IMG/VR virus record: IMGVR_UViG_3300050821_001858
Span: 49,067 to 113,066 of that record
Direction: 5' to 3' (one strand)
From: a virus
DNA: 64,000 bases
Positions 24,415 through 34,404 of this stretch are shown here, one piece after another. Within the stretch, counting starts at the first letter, position 1; each line of letters starts with the position of its first letter. The translations under genes were made by a program, and so were the position numbers. Under the pieces are notes generated by a model that did no database searches, was not told the DNA's origin, and was given only the letters and a program-made list of their open reading frames with translations.

Positions 24415-25167
24415 ATGGAATATGAAGAAAAATTCCGGGGTATGGCTCATGCAGGTCAACACGCATCCCGGTGCCTCTCGTTATTAAAAGATTTGATTGT
24501 ACCGGGCTGGTCAACGGCTCGGATTGATGCGTTCGTCCATGATTATGCTAAGGCTAATGATTTAATATGTGCGACGAAGGGATATAAGGGTTTCCCTGCC
24601 TATTGTTGTACTTCCGTCAACCACATTGTCTGTCATGGTATACCATCCTTAAGTAAAATACTCAAAGATGGTGACTTATTAAAGGTTGATATCACATTCA
24701 TTAATAAGGATGGCTGGCATGGTGATACATGTCGGACATATTTCGTCGGTGACGCTTCAGTTAAAGCCACTCGGGTTGCTCAGGTCGCTAAGGAAGCCAT
24801 GGATAGAGCGATTGCTATTATTCGCCCCGGTGTGACGTTTGGTCATCTGGGGAAGGTATGTGAAGACTATGTTAACAGTCAAAGGATGGGTGTGGTCAAG
24901 GGATATTGTGGTCATGGAATAGGGCAAGAGTTTCATACTTTACCTCCTATTCTACATTATTATGATCCGAAGAGTTCCTATGCGCATCAACCTATTCTAG
25001 AAGGAATGACCTTTACAGTTGAACCAATGGTAACATTTGGTAAGTCGGATGTAAAGGAACTGTCTGATGGGTGGTCGGTAGTTACTAAAGACCGATCCCT
25101 GTCAGCACAATGGGAACACACAATAGGAGTAGTTGCAAATGGGCACCACATATTCACCGCCTACTAA
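24415..25167 (+). CDS. map: Methionine aminopeptidase type I
   Basis: CTSVNHIVCHGIP, DIT, GWHGDT, GHGIG..FH, FTVEPM, SAQWEHT. Confidence 0.96.
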   Translation: MEYEEKFRGMAHAGQHASRCLSLLKDLIVPGWSTARIDAFVHDYAKANDLICATKGYKGFPAYCCTSVNHIVCHGIPSLSKILKDGDLLKVDITFINKDGWHGDTCRTYFVGDASVKATRVAQVAKEAMDRAIAIIRPGVTFGHLGKVCEDYVNSQRMGVVKGYCGHGIGQEFHTLPPILHYYDPKSSYAHQPILEGMTFTVEPMVTFGKSDVKELSDGWSVVTKDRSLSAQWEHTIGVVANGHHIFTAY

Positions 25168-25369
25168 AATACCCCAAAAATTGTACAAATTGGTAAGAAA
25201 AATGTCTGGTATAGTCAATCATTGTTACGATCCAAGAGATCATCTGGCAGTCCATTACTTTCATGAAGAGAGTTATATAGCAAGAAATGCTCGGATCATG
25301 GACCCGGTGGAAGTAACTTTGAGATGGGATGGAATATTCGATAAAAAGAGGAAAGTATATGACGAATAA
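25139..25369 (+). CDS. Micro-ORF family hypothetical protein
   Basis: Bridges map and the next ORF. Confidence 0.45.
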   Translation: MGTTYSPPTKIPQKLYKLVRKMSGIVNHCYDPRDHLAVHYFHEESYIARNARIMDPVEVTLRWDGIFDKKRKVYDE

Positions 25370-25553
25370 AGAAGTAAAACAACTTGTCAACTTGATACTA
25401 TCAATTGAGCGACGTTGCAAGACTGAAAATGTATTTCTTCAAGCTACTGTTGATCCCTACAAGGAATTTGATCCTGAGGCACAACAGGGACCGCTGGTCA
25501 CTAAGCTGTTTCAAATGGCGAAGGATATGAAAAAGCAACTCGCCCGTAAATAG
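25359..25553 (+). CDS. Hypothetical protein
   Basis: SD GAGG. Confidence 0.55.
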   Translation: MTNKEVKQLVNLILSIERRCKTENVFLQATVDPYKEFDPEAQQGPLVTKLFQMAKDMKKQLARK

Positions 25554-25606
25554 TTCTTGACAAAAGCCGAGAAATCCAGTAGTATCAATACTTTAAGGGA
25601 GATCAT

Positions 25607-25852
25607 ATGAAAGTCGAATTGATTACTCGCACGGGTTGTATTCACTGCAACTCGACCAAACAGATTCTAAACAATCATAATATCGAATATACTGAAAAGG
25701 TTATTGGGGAGGATATTTCAAGAGAGGAAGTTAAGGCTCTCTATCCTGATGTAACCAAGGTTCCGATCATTTTGGTGAATTCTACTCGTGTCGAAGGACC
25801 ATCAGAGTTGAAGTTGCTTTTGGAGAAGGGTCAATTGGAGCAATTGCAATGA
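25607..25852 (+). CDS. Glutaredoxin
   Basis: CIHC, KVP.I. Confidence 0.88.
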   Translation: MKVELITRTGCIHCNSTKQILNNHNIEYTEKVIGEDISREEVKALYPDVTKVPIILVNSTRVEGPSELKLLLEKGQLEQLQ

Positions 25853-26124
25853 GCTATCTATCAGTTAATAAGAATGAACTTCAACGAGATTTGAAACTAG
25901 CTATTGCCGAGATTGCTTATCATAACGATGAAGGTGTGCCCCGTAAAGCTATTATTACGTTGCAGCGTGAATATATTCCAGAACATGATAGATATCGTAT
26001 TGATGAAATTGTTAATCAAGAAAGCAGGGGCGATGTTATTAAAGTTTGGGATGTTAATCATTCGGCTTGGCGTCTTATTCCTCTTGCGCATGTAGTATAT
26101 GTACAAATGAAAGATGGCTGGTGA
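25849..26124 (+). CDS. WYL-like/SH3-fold phage protein
   Basis: VWDV...AWR motif. Confidence 0.6.
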   Translation: MSYLSVNKNELQRDLKLAIAEIAYHNDEGVPRKAIITLQREYIPEHDRYRIDEIVNQESRGDVIKVWDVNHSAWRLIPLAHVVYVQMKDGW

Positions 26125-26302
26125 AAAAATTTATATGCATACATTTCCTCATTCGATCCAGGGACCCACACAACGTGTTTATGCTAAGTTGCGTGATCGA
26201 ATAATATGTTATAGTTGGATGTATACAGAACGATGGGATAACAACGTACTTAATTCTATTGTTGAAACTTTAGAACATCATGGGATTTTCGATGAAGAAT
26301 GA
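26114..26302 (+). CDS. Micro-ORF family hypothetical protein
   Basis: Ends IFDEE. Confidence 0.5.
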   Translation: MAGEKIYMHTFPHSIQGPTQRVYAKLRDRIICYSWMYTERWDNNVLNSIVETLEHHGIFDEE

Positions 26303-26501
26303 CCTTAGTTGTATACGAGATTATGGCAACAATTTACGTATGGATTGTGAGAATAAAACATATAATAGAATAGACTTGGTTTTATCTCATTTACTTGATG
26401 ATGTTGGTCTATTTGCTCTATTTAATATGTTTTGGGATTTTAATCTGAGGGGAAATCTTGATCAGTACTTACAAAACGAAAAGATTTGGGCAAAAAGATG
26501 A
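26292..26501 (+). CDS. Micro-ORF family hypothetical protein
   Basis: Ends IWAKR. Confidence 0.5.
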   Translation: MKNDLSCIRDYGNNLRMDCENKTYNRIDLVLSHLLDDVGLFALFNMFWDFNLRGNLDQYLQNEKIWAKR

Positions 26502-26728
26502 AATATTATCTTATTCAAACACTTTCACAACACTCTATAAGCTATTTGATATCGACGGAGGAAGTGGTATCGAATGCGGCGATACAGGAAGCGATTGAGC
26601 AGGGTGTTATTCGAGAATATCAGCAAGAATTTTTGGGGGAAAGGATCGTCGGTCTTCAAGAGATTACCGAAGATGAGATGAAGAAACGTATACCTATTAA
26701 AGATGAAGAAAAATTTGATCAAGGCTAG
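26498..26728 (+). CDS. Hypothetical protein
   Basis: EYQQEFLGERIV motif. Confidence 0.6.
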   Translation: MKYYLIQTLSQHSISYLISTEEVVSNAAIQEAIEQGVIREYQQEFLGERIVGLQEITEDEMKKRIPIKDEEKFDQG

Positions 26729-26921
26729 AGACATTCGAGATACAGTTTGGGATATCTATTATTCCTATGTTCATTTGATTGCCCATAAAATTCAATTTGA
26801 ACATATATTTGATTTTATTCCGAATATTGCTGATTATAATTTAGTTGAAATTCAGTGGGATATGCCTTTATGGAATCCCGTTTTGAGTGCATTGAGAGAT
26901 AGTAAGTTTTATGACAAATAG
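26703..26921 (+). CDS. Micro-ORF family hypothetical protein
   Basis: Ends KFYDK. Confidence 0.5.
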   Translation: MKKNLIKARDIRDTVWDIYYSYVHLIAHKIQFEHIFDFIPNIADYNLVEIQWDMPLWNPVLSALRDSKFYDK

Positions 26922-27468
26922 ATTTGTGATATCAGATACACATTTTTTTCATACCAAGTGTTGGGACACATTCAAGAGGGACGATGGTAGTCCCCTTCGA
27001 CATTTTACCTCGACTGAGGAAATGAATGAAACAATGATCAACAACTGGAACGCAGTTGTGAACCACGATGATACTGTTTATCATTTGGGGGATGTTACTT
27101 GGGAGTATAAGAAACCATTTAATGAACTAATGCATCATTTAAAGGGACGGAAAATCCTTATCCTTGGAAATCACGACAAACTTTCTAAGAAGGTACCAGT
27201 TCTTCTAGATCATTTTGAGCGTATTGAACTTTGGAAGGGTTTTCATGAATTAGGATGTACTTTTATCCATATTCCAATTAATATTAATGACTTACGTGAT
27301 GGTGATATATGTGTTCACGGACATATTCATTATCGGCATTATATGAATAAGGCTGGCTTGCTTGATCCTCGTTATATCAATGTTTCGGTTGAACAAACAA
27401 ACTATGCTCCTGTCCCGTTTGATATTTTGAGAGATATGATTGAAACAAGAAGGAGAGTTATAAAATGA
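26911..27468 (+). CDS. Calcineurin-like phosphoesterase
   Basis: SDTHF, YHLGD, GNHD, VHGHIH. Confidence 0.9.
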   Translation: MTNRFVISDTHFFHTKCWDTFKRDDGSPLRHFTSTEEMNETMINNWNAVVNHDDTVYHLGDVTWEYKKPFNELMHHLKGRKILILGNHDKLSKKVPVLLDHFERIELWKGFHELGCTFIHIPININDLRDGDICVHGHIHYRHYMNKAGLLDPRYINVSVEQTNYAPVPFDILRDMIETRRRVIK

Positions 27469-27908
27469 AAGACTTTGAAATAGGTATTACATTTGGATCG
27501 TGGGATTTACTTCATCCCGGTCATATCACTTTTCTACAAACGTGTTCGTTGGATTGTGAAACCTTGATTGTTGGTTTGCATGTTGATCCACGTCGGGAAA
27601 ATAAGAACAAAGCCCCGATGGTTGAAACTGTATTTGAACGTTGGGTGCGTCTAAACGCACTTCGTCTTGAATCTGAACTTGAGATCGTTCCTTATTCACT
27701 TGAGGAAGATATTGTCAATATGTTAGCTATGATGTCTCCTGATGTCTATTTTATTGGGGGAGATTATAAAGATAAGTTGGAAACTATTACGGGTTATGAT
27801 ATGTGTGTAAAGAAAGATATCACAATTTCTGTGATTGAACGTTCTCATAACTTAAGTACTACTCGTTTGAAACAGGCAGTTGTTGATTGGATGGATTGGG
27901 CAAAATGA
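27465..27908 (+). CDS. HIGH-family cytidylyl/adenylyltransferase (TagD/RfaE-II-like)
   Basis: TFGSWDLLHPGH, ER, GGDY, LSTT. Confidence 0.85.
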   Translation: MKDFEIGITFGSWDLLHPGHITFLQTCSLDCETLIVGLHVDPRRENKNKAPMVETVFERWVRLNALRLESELEIVPYSLEEDIVNMLAMMSPDVYFIGGDYKDKLETITGYDMCVKKDITISVIERSHNLSTTRLKQAVVDWMDWAK

Positions 27909-28480
27909 ATCATTTACAGCACTATTTTGAATTGGTTGGGCAGCTTGCTGAAGATATGCCGCTTTTTCACATCGATGAAATGATCGATGTATTGGCGGCT
28001 TGTGACGGGCGAGTGTTTGTGATCGGGCTTGGTGGCTCGGCTGGAAACGCTTCACATATGGTCAACGATCTTCGTAAGCTTTGTCATATCGAGGCTTATT
28101 CCCCCCTGGATAATGTATCGGAATTTTCAGCCGTTGTTAATGACGATGGTATTGATGGTTTCTTTGTTGATTGGTTGATCAATTCAAACTTCAACGAGCA
28201 TGATATTCTGTTTGTCCTTTCCGTTGGAGGGGGAAACCGAGAGAAAAATGTATCGGTCTGTATTTCCCAGGCTGTTCTTCATGCTTACTCTATTCATGCC
28301 AAGATACTTGGTATTGTAGGAAGAGATGATGGTACTACGGCTCAATATGGTGATCACGTGCTTGCTATACCACAAGCCGATGAAAAGTTAGTAACTCCGT
28401 TGTCCGAAGCTTTTCAAGCTGTGGTATGGCATTCTATGGTATCTGATCCTCGATTACAGGCTCGTCCAACAAAATGGTAA
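27905..28480 (+). CDS. gmhA: Phosphoheptose isomerase (SIS domain)
   Basis: GLGGSAGNASHMVND, NDDG, LSVGGG, E..Q....H. Confidence 0.85.
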   Translation: MNHLQHYFELVGQLAEDMPLFHIDEMIDVLAACDGRVFVIGLGGSAGNASHMVNDLRKLCHIEAYSPLDNVSEFSAVVNDDGIDGFFVDWLINSNFNEHDILFVLSVGGGNREKNVSVCISQAVLHAYSIHAKILGIVGRDDGTTAQYGDHVLAIPQADEKLVTPLSEAFQAVVWHSMVSDPRLQARPTKW

Positions 28481-28689
28481 GTGCGATATTCAGGATTGAT
28501 ATTCTTCAAGAGACATTAAATAAACTTGGTGAACGCATTTGGCGTTTGGATCAAGATTTGCGTAAGTTTGAGTATTTTAGGGATCGATATACCAAGAACG
28601 TATATGGTCCTATAAAATTTTATGATGAGTGGATTCTTTTCAATACCATAAGAAGTTATGAATATAGGATTTTTGCCCGTGATGAATAA
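28474..28689 (+). CDS. Micro-ORF family hypothetical protein
   Basis: Overlaps the gmhA stop and the gmhB start. Confidence 0.55.
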   Translation: MVSAIFRIDILQETLNKLGERIWRLDQDLRKFEYFRDRYTKNVYGPIKFYDEWILFNTIRSYEYRIFARDE

Positions 28690-29203
28690 AGCAGTGTATC
28701 TTGATAGAGATGGTGTTATTAATCCTTTAATTCATCGGGGACCCCGAGGTTGGACACCCCCTTGGAATGTTCATGAGTTTTCTATATACCCATGGGTAAA
28801 GGAAGCAATCAAATCTTTAAAGAATGATGGCTTTATGGTATTTGTGGTATCTAATCAACCGGACGTGTATTCACACGAAATGCCCTGGACGATGACCGGA
28901 ACGATCAATCAGATTTTGCTTGACAATCTGGCGATTGATGATATAATGACCTGTCATCAGCGTGGGAATTATAACTACAAGCCTAACCCAGGCATGTTAA
29001 TTTCACTCCGGGACACCTATATTATCGACATGAGCGAATCATGGATGGTAGGTGATACTTGGAAAGACGCTGTTGCTGCACATATAGCTCATGTTCGTTA
29101 TATACATCTCGGGGACGAAGACCCTGTTTCGTCTAGTGTGTTTGCTAAGGTACCAACTCTTAAAGAAGCTGTTCCTATTATATTAGACCCTGAGGCATTA
29201 TGA
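28682..29203 (+). CDS. gmhB: Heptose bisphosphate phosphatase (HAD IIIA)
   Basis: LDRDGVIN, SNQ, KPNPGM, MVGD..KD. Confidence 0.87.
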   Translation: MNKAVYLDRDGVINPLIHRGPRGWTPPWNVHEFSIYPWVKEAIKSLKNDGFMVFVVSNQPDVYSHEMPWTMTGTINQILLDNLAIDDIMTCHQRGNYNYKPNPGMLISLRDTYIIDMSESWMVGDTWKDAVAAHIAHVRYIHLGDEDPVSSSVFAKVPTLKEAVPIILDPEAL

Positions 29204-29424
29204 TGGCACCTAGACCATGGGAACCTGTTGGAAGATATTACCTACTTGAATGGTGGGAAGATAATGTTACAGATTTAATGGGTGCGTTAGCACAATTATA
29301 TAGTGTGGATATCTATGGTACTAATGCTCGTTTAATACGTTTTGCTACTCAAAGATGGAATTTCATGCAATCAATAAAAGAACGAATCTCACGTTTACAA
29401 GATCAAATATATCGAAGAGGATAA
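29200..29424 (+). CDS. Micro-ORF family hypothetical protein
   Basis: Between gmhB and transaldolase. Confidence 0.55.
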   Translation: MMAPRPWEPVGRYYLLEWWEDNVTDLMGALAQLYSVDIYGTNARLIRFATQRWNFMQSIKERISRLQDQIYRRG

Positions 29425-29426
29425 AA

Positions 29427-30167
29427 ATGAAAAACATTCGTTTGTTCGCCGATACAGCGTCGATGACTGATATTAAGGAAATGGTAGCTAATGACTTGGT
29501 GGAAGGATATACTACTAATCCTACGCTCATGCGTCGAGCGGGAATTAAGGATTATAAGGGATTTGTCACCGAAGTCTTGGATTACCTAGCGGAACATCAT
29601 CCCGATGGATGTATCTCTTTTGAGGTATTTTCGTCGGATGAAATGGAGATGGTTTATGAGGCTCGGGAGTTGAAAAAACTCAACTATCATAACTATAATA
29701 TGTATGTCAAGGTGCCTTATCTCAATATCGATGGACGCCCTAATGAGCAAGTTATTCGTAATCTGCTCAAAGAGGATATTTCAGTCAACGTAACAGCAGT
29801 TTTTAATCAGATACAGGCTATCCATTCTATTCAGATGTTAGCCGACGATAATAATGATCATATTATATCGATCTTTGCTGGTAGAATTAATGATACTGGA
29901 TATCCGGCTGAAAAAATTGTAGCCTATATTATAGCTATTCCAACTCAGAATGTAGAAATCCTTTGGGCATCCCCTCGTCAGGTTTTTGATTATGTTTTGG
30001 CAGATAGTGTAGGGTGTCATATTATCACCATGACCCCCGATTTAATAAGGAAGATACCGGGAATTGGTACGCCTCTGAAACTGGCAGCATTGAATACATC
30101 GCGTCAGTTTTATGATGACGCAAAAGCTTGTGGTTATAAACTTTGGGAGAATGAAGATGGGGTTTGA
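29427..30167 (+). CDS. tal: Transaldolase
   Basis: FADTA, TTNPTLM, SFEV, YVKVP, NVTAVF, SIFAGRI.DTG, LWASPR. Confidence 0.92.
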   Translation: MKNIRLFADTASMTDIKEMVANDLVEGYTTNPTLMRRAGIKDYKGFVTEVLDYLAEHHPDGCISFEVFSSDEMEMVYEARELKKLNYHNYNMYVKVPYLNIDGRPNEQVIRNLLKEDISVNVTAVFNQIQAIHSIQMLADDNNDHIISIFAGRINDTGYPAEKIVAYIIAIPTQNVEILWASPRQVFDYVLADSVGCHIITMTPDLIRKIPGIGTPLKLAALNTSRQFYDDAKACGYKLWENEDGV

Positions 30168-31167
30168 TGAAAATGAGATCAGTGCCAAGGCATATGGTGG
30201 AACTGAGATAGCGAAGAGACTGCTGGCAAATACTCTTGATAAAGAATTGCTATCTCATTTCCAAATTATTCCATCGCGCATTCGGGAATTGAAAGAGGAT
30301 AAGATTCGTATCCTGTTTCTAAATGACCTTGCGGGCGATCCTGAAGTTGCTCAGTTGAAGGACCATAACTATCGAAACAAGTTTCATAAATTTGTGTTTA
30401 TTTCAAATTGGCAATATCAACAGTTTCAGACAATTCTGAATTTACCATATGATCACAAGTCTATTGTGATTGAAAGTGGTATTGCTCCTTCTAGTGCTAA
30501 GTTCGAAAATAAACCAACCGATAAGATTAATCTGGTTTATACTTCTACCCCTCAACGAGGGTTGAATATCCTGGCGGCTGTGTTCAATGAATTGTGTAAG
30601 AGGTATGATAACCTACATCTAGACGTGTTTTCGTCATTCAAGATTTATGGATGGGAAGAACAGGATAAGGCATTTGAGCCTTTATACCAGCAAATCCGTG
30701 ATAATCCTAATGCGACTTATCATGGCTTTGTCCCCCATGATGAACTTTTGAAGCATGTTGCAGAACAGTCGCATATCTTTGCTTATCCGAGTGTTTGGCA
30801 GGAAACTTCTTGTCGGGCTATGTTAGAAGCCATGGCTTCGCAGTGTGTTTGTGTACATCCAAATTTCGCTGGTTTGCCTGATACGTCGGGAAGTTTGAAC
30901 CTTATGTATGCAGGTGATCAAGATATGCAAGTTCATGCTAACTTGTTTATGAGCAGCGTTGAACAGGCTATCAAGATGATCAATGATCGAGAAAATGTTG
31001 ACAAGCTTCAACAGCGTTTGCAATATGTTCAAAACTATATCAATGGACGTTTTAATATAGCCAACGTATCTCGGACCTGGGATAATCTTTTGAGAGGATT
31101 GCTTCAGACTATGCCTGATCCAAATTCTCGACGCTTCCCCGGTGATATGTTTTCGTATAAATTCTGA
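30157..31167 (+). CDS. GT-B (family 4-like) glycosyltransferase
   Basis: GGTE, YTSTPQRGL, YPSVWQETSC...LEAM. Confidence 0.88.
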   Translation: MGFDENEISAKAYGGTEIAKRLLANTLDKELLSHFQIIPSRIRELKEDKIRILFLNDLAGDPEVAQLKDHNYRNKFHKFVFISNWQYQQFQTILNLPYDHKSIVIESGIAPSSAKFENKPTDKINLVYTSTPQRGLNILAAVFNELCKRYDNLHLDVFSSFKIYGWEEQDKAFEPLYQQIRDNPNATYHGFVPHDELLKHVAEQSHIFAYPSVWQETSCRAMLEAMASQCVCVHPNFAGLPDTSGSLNLMYAGDQDMQVHANLFMSSVEQAIKMINDRENVDKLQQRLQYVQNYINGRFNIANVSRTWDNLLRGLLQTMPDPNSRRFPGDMFSYKF

Positions 31168-31358
31168 TGAAACATTTGGTTAAAGAAGATATTGAGTATA
31201 TTGCATATAATACACGAAGGGCAACGTATGATTGTCTTCCGTGGTTGAAACCTGCGATTGGTACTTTGAGTAAATTGGGATTTTTAGAAAACATTCAGGC
31301 TGTTCGTCTGAAAGGAATGATGTGGATATTTAATGATGGCTCATGGATGGATAAGTAA
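31167..31358 (+). CDS. Micro-ORF family hypothetical protein
   Basis: TGATG coupling. Confidence 0.5.
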   Translation: MKHLVKEDIEYIAYNTRRATYDCLPWLKPAIGTLSKLGFLENIQAVRLKGMMWIFNDGSWMDK

Positions 31359-31572
31359 TTTGATATTAAATGCTTGTGTGTACACACTTGAAGCAGAACT
31401 ATGGAGCCGTCAACATAAGTATAGTTTTTATGAGATGTATGACATATTCAATAATAATCAACATATGGAAAATCACTTTGAGTTGGAAGATCAAATAGAG
31501 GCTTTATCAAATAAGATTTGGAGAAAAGATGGGAAACCGATACGGAAGAAATCAGAAAAGAAAGCATCGTGA
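31333..31572 (+). CDS. Micro-ORF family hypothetical protein
   Basis: AT-rich, overlaps neighbours. Confidence 0.45.
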   Translation: MMAHGWISNLILNACVYTLEAELWSRQHKYSFYEMYDIFNNNQHMENHFELEDQIEALSNKIWRKDGKPIRKKSEKKAS

Positions 31573-32110
31573 GATTATCCAAAGATTGCTTGAGCAAACG
31601 ATTAAGCTGAGTAATGAAAATGTTCAGCTTAAGAATGAGGTTGAATATTTTCTAAGGATGGATCGTGAAATTGCTCAGACATTAGGTACCGCAACGGCAT
31701 TTCGTTTGGTGACTGATAAAATTCGAACGTCAAATACAGAACCGGAGCAAATGCATCTGAATATGTTTAATCGTCCGATGTATGCTTATACTGATGGTAC
31801 TGGACAACTGTTACAAGAGATTCAAACGACTAAGCATCATTTGAAGAAACTGTTTACTCATATTCAAGCTGATCCACAAAAGTATGGATCGTACATTAAG
31901 GTACTTGTAGGTAACGAAACCAAGGCAGCTATTTTTGTTGATAATGATTATCTGTTTCGTAGTGGTTTGACGCCTCGGGATATCGAGTATCTTTCAAAAC
32001 ATTTGGCTGAAGAGCTAGGTACTTTTATTAATCAACACTACCAGACAGAACGGGATATTAATCATGTTAATCGTCAAAACTCCCCTGAGGGTGCCCTTCT
32101 TCTCCGGTAG
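31529..32110 (+). CDS. Hypothetical protein
   Basis: RYGRNQKRKHRE N-terminus and coiled coil. Confidence 0.7.
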   Translation: MGNRYGRNQKRKHREIIQRLLEQTIKLSNENVQLKNEVEYFLRMDREIAQTLGTATAFRLVTDKIRTSNTEPEQMHLNMFNRPMYAYTDGTGQLLQEIQTTKHHLKKLFTHIQADPQKYGSYIKVLVGNETKAAIFVDNDYLFRSGLTPRDIEYLSKHLAEELGTFINQHYQTERDINHVNRQNSPEGALLLR

Positions 32111-33161
32111 TTCCGACCATCCTGCCTTTGTTCAAACAGAGGGGGGAATGGCATTTTCAGCGACTATTGATAAGTATGTCTATGTGATTATTCATAGTAA
32201 TGTTGAAAATCAATTTAGATTTACTCATGATACTATACAAGTAGGTCATGATGTAACTCAGATTAAACATACAATTACCGAGAAATCATTTGAAGCAATT
32301 AATTCTCGAATTCATGATTATAATCGTATAAACAGAACTGAGTTCCAGGCATTACCAAAGAATAGTCTTACGATTGCTTCGTTGAATGATATCAATCAGG
32401 TTGGAACGGGTTTAGGGGCATCTTCGGCTTATACCGTTGGTTTGGTAAACGCTCTATATACCTTCTGTAGTTTCCCCCCTAATGAAACTACACTCGATAA
32501 GATGGCTGAGATGGCTTGTAAGATTGAGATTGATTATTGTAAATATCCTATTGGTGTACAGGATCAATGGGCAGCGTCGATAGGAGGAACAAACCTGTTC
32601 ACATTTAATAAGGATGAAACTGTTGGTGTTGAACAGTTCCATAATATGGAACGTATGCGTCGGTTTGCTAACTCTCTTGTTTTGATCAATAGTGGGGTTC
32701 AACGTCATTATAAGGATATTGTTGAAACAGGAAAAGAAACAAAAGGTTATCTGACGCATCCTAAGTATGATAAGCTTAAGGAAGCCCAGAAAGCAAATAT
32801 GCGCGAAGGTAAGATTCTAGCGAAAACAGCCTGGGATATTTTGAATTCCCGAGAAGGAAACGGCAACCTAGATTACATAGGGGAAATGCTAAATAATTCT
32901 TGGAGAAAGAAGAAGCTTACTGATAGAAAAGTTACTGACGAACAAATTGATGGTCTTTATGATCTTTGTATAGATAATGGCGCTATTGGTGGTAAACTGC
33001 TTGGGTCAGGTGGGGGAGGATATATGTTGTTTTATGTCCCTCATGACAAGCGTGATGAATTCTTAACCAAACTTCCTTTTGAATATAAGTCTCGGGTGGT
33101 CAACTTCTCTTTTACGCACGAAGGCTCAAAAATTATATATAATGATAGGAGCACTAAATAG
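32064..33161 (+). CDS. hddA: GHMP kinase, heptose-7-phosphate kinase-like
   Basis: KTPLRV, IDKYVY, GTGLGASSA, IGVQDQW, GGKLLGSGGGG. Confidence 0.87.
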   Translation: MLIVKTPLRVPFFSGSSDHPAFVQTEGGMAFSATIDKYVYVIIHSNVENQFRFTHDTIQVGHDVTQIKHTITEKSFEAINSRIHDYNRINRTEFQALPKNSLTIASLNDINQVGTGLGASSAYTVGLVNALYTFCSFPPNETTLDKMAEMACKIEIDYCKYPIGVQDQWAASIGGTNLFTFNKDETVGVEQFHNMERMRRFANSLVLINSGVQRHYKDIVETGKETKGYLTHPKYDKLKEAQKANMREGKILAKTAWDILNSREGNGNLDYIGEMLNNSWRKKKLTDRKVTDEQIDGLYDLCIDNGAIGGKLLGSGGGGYMLFYVPHDKRDEFLTKLPFEYKSRVVNFSFTHEGSKIIYNDRSTK

Positions 33162-33171
33162 AGAGGGTAAA

Positions 33172-33519
33172 GTGGAAGCGAATAATGTAATTCAATTTCC
33201 AAAAATCAACCATCGCTTGCAAGAAGTTAAAACCACTGAAGAAAACGTTAAATCTACAGTGGATGTACTGAGAAATCAGTTGATCCAAGAGGTAACAAGT
33301 TTGGTTTGCCATCCTTTGTTTGCTTCACTCGATACAGCCGGTTTTACTTTGGACACAAGTACAATGAAAGAAGGGGCTTTGATTACAGAAGCAATTAAAG
33401 CTTTCATAATGAAGTATTATGGAGTTGAACACAGCTTTCATAAGATTGCAAAAAGTATGTTTGAAGTTGATAAACATAACAATGTAAATATAGTAGGTAA
33501 CTTGAAACTAAAGGAATGA
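33172..33519 (+). CDS. Conserved T4-like phage hypothetical protein
   Basis: NNVIQFP start. Confidence 0.65.
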   Translation: MEANNVIQFPKINHRLQEVKTTEENVKSTVDVLRNQLIQEVTSLVCHPLFASLDTAGFTLDTSTMKEGALITEAIKAFIMKYYGVEHSFHKIAKSMFEVDKHNNVNIVGNLKLKE

Positions 33520-33521
33520 CT

Positions 33522-33950
33522 ATGAAACTTGGTATATATGAAATTTTGAATGCGGTGAATACAAAAAAGACCAAAAAAGAAAGACTAGAAGAGCTACAAA
33601 AGCACACAAACAACGAGGTTCTTCAGACGCTTTTGAAGATGGCGTTTGATCCTGAGTTGAAATGGCGTTTACCTTTTGGTTCGCCTCCTTATACTCCGTC
33701 CCCTAATTTCGATCAACAGGGGATGTTGTATGGCGAAATGCGTCGTTTTTATATCTGGGCACGTATTGACGACCGGGGAGATCGTATTGCTCCTATTAAA
33801 CGTGAACAGCTATGGATTGATCTTCTTGAACACCTTCACCCCGAAGATGCCAAGATTATCTGTGCTGTGAAGGATAAGAATTTACCTGATGTTTATCCTC
33901 ATGTGACAAAGAAATTGGTAGCTGAAGCATGGCCAAATCTTTTACAATAA
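33522..33950 (+). CDS. Conserved T4-like phage hypothetical protein
   Basis: W.LP.G.PPY, KREQL.I.LLE.LHP.DA. Confidence 0.75.
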   Translation: MKLGIYEILNAVNTKKTKKERLEELQKHTNNEVLQTLLKMAFDPELKWRLPFGSPPYTPSPNFDQQGMLYGEMRRFYIWARIDDRGDRIAPIKREQLWIDLLEHLHPEDAKIICAVKDKNLPDVYPHVTKKLVAEAWPNLLQ

Positions 33951-34168
33951 AGAGTGTCAATTATCGAACTGATAATGATATACGAGATGGAATGGTCAAT
34001 AGAATAGATAATGTCTATTCTGCTGATGAACATACATATTGGGTTAAGATTATTGAGAAGTCTTATGAGGAATTTGTACGAGTGTGGAATTTAAGCACTG
34101 TTCTTCGCCCCCCTCGAATGTTAAATGAATTCATTACTATATCTCATGCTATTTTTAAGGAGAAATAA
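33929..34168 (+). CDS. Micro-ORF family hypothetical protein
   Basis: PPR motif, ends IFKEK. Confidence 0.5.
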   Translation: MAKSFTIKSVNYRTDNDIRDGMVNRIDNVYSADEHTYWVKIIEKSYEEFVRVWNLSTVLRPPRMLNEFITISHAIFKEK

Positions 34169-34404
34169 TGCCAAACTATTGGGTTCGTAATAAGAAAACT
34201 GGTAAGTATGTTGCGGTGCTTTCAATGACCATCTCTGAGATGGAGACGTTCGAAAAGAAGGAATTGAAGGGTACTGATCTAGAGATAGCTGCTGGGGCTC
34301 CGGGAATCGGTTATTCGTTTCATCGTATGAAGCCTTCGGATGGTTTCAAGGATCGACTAAGAGATATCAAGAGATCACACCCAGGAAGTACAATAGACAT
34401 TTAA
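34168..34404 (+). CDS. Conserved T4-like phage hypothetical protein
   Basis: MPNY..RNKKTG...GFKDRL..IK..HPGS. Confidence 0.7.
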   Translation: MPNYWVRNKKTGKYVAVLSMTISEMETFEKKELKGTDLEIAAGAPGIGYSFHRMKPSDGFKDRLRDIKRSHPGSTIDI

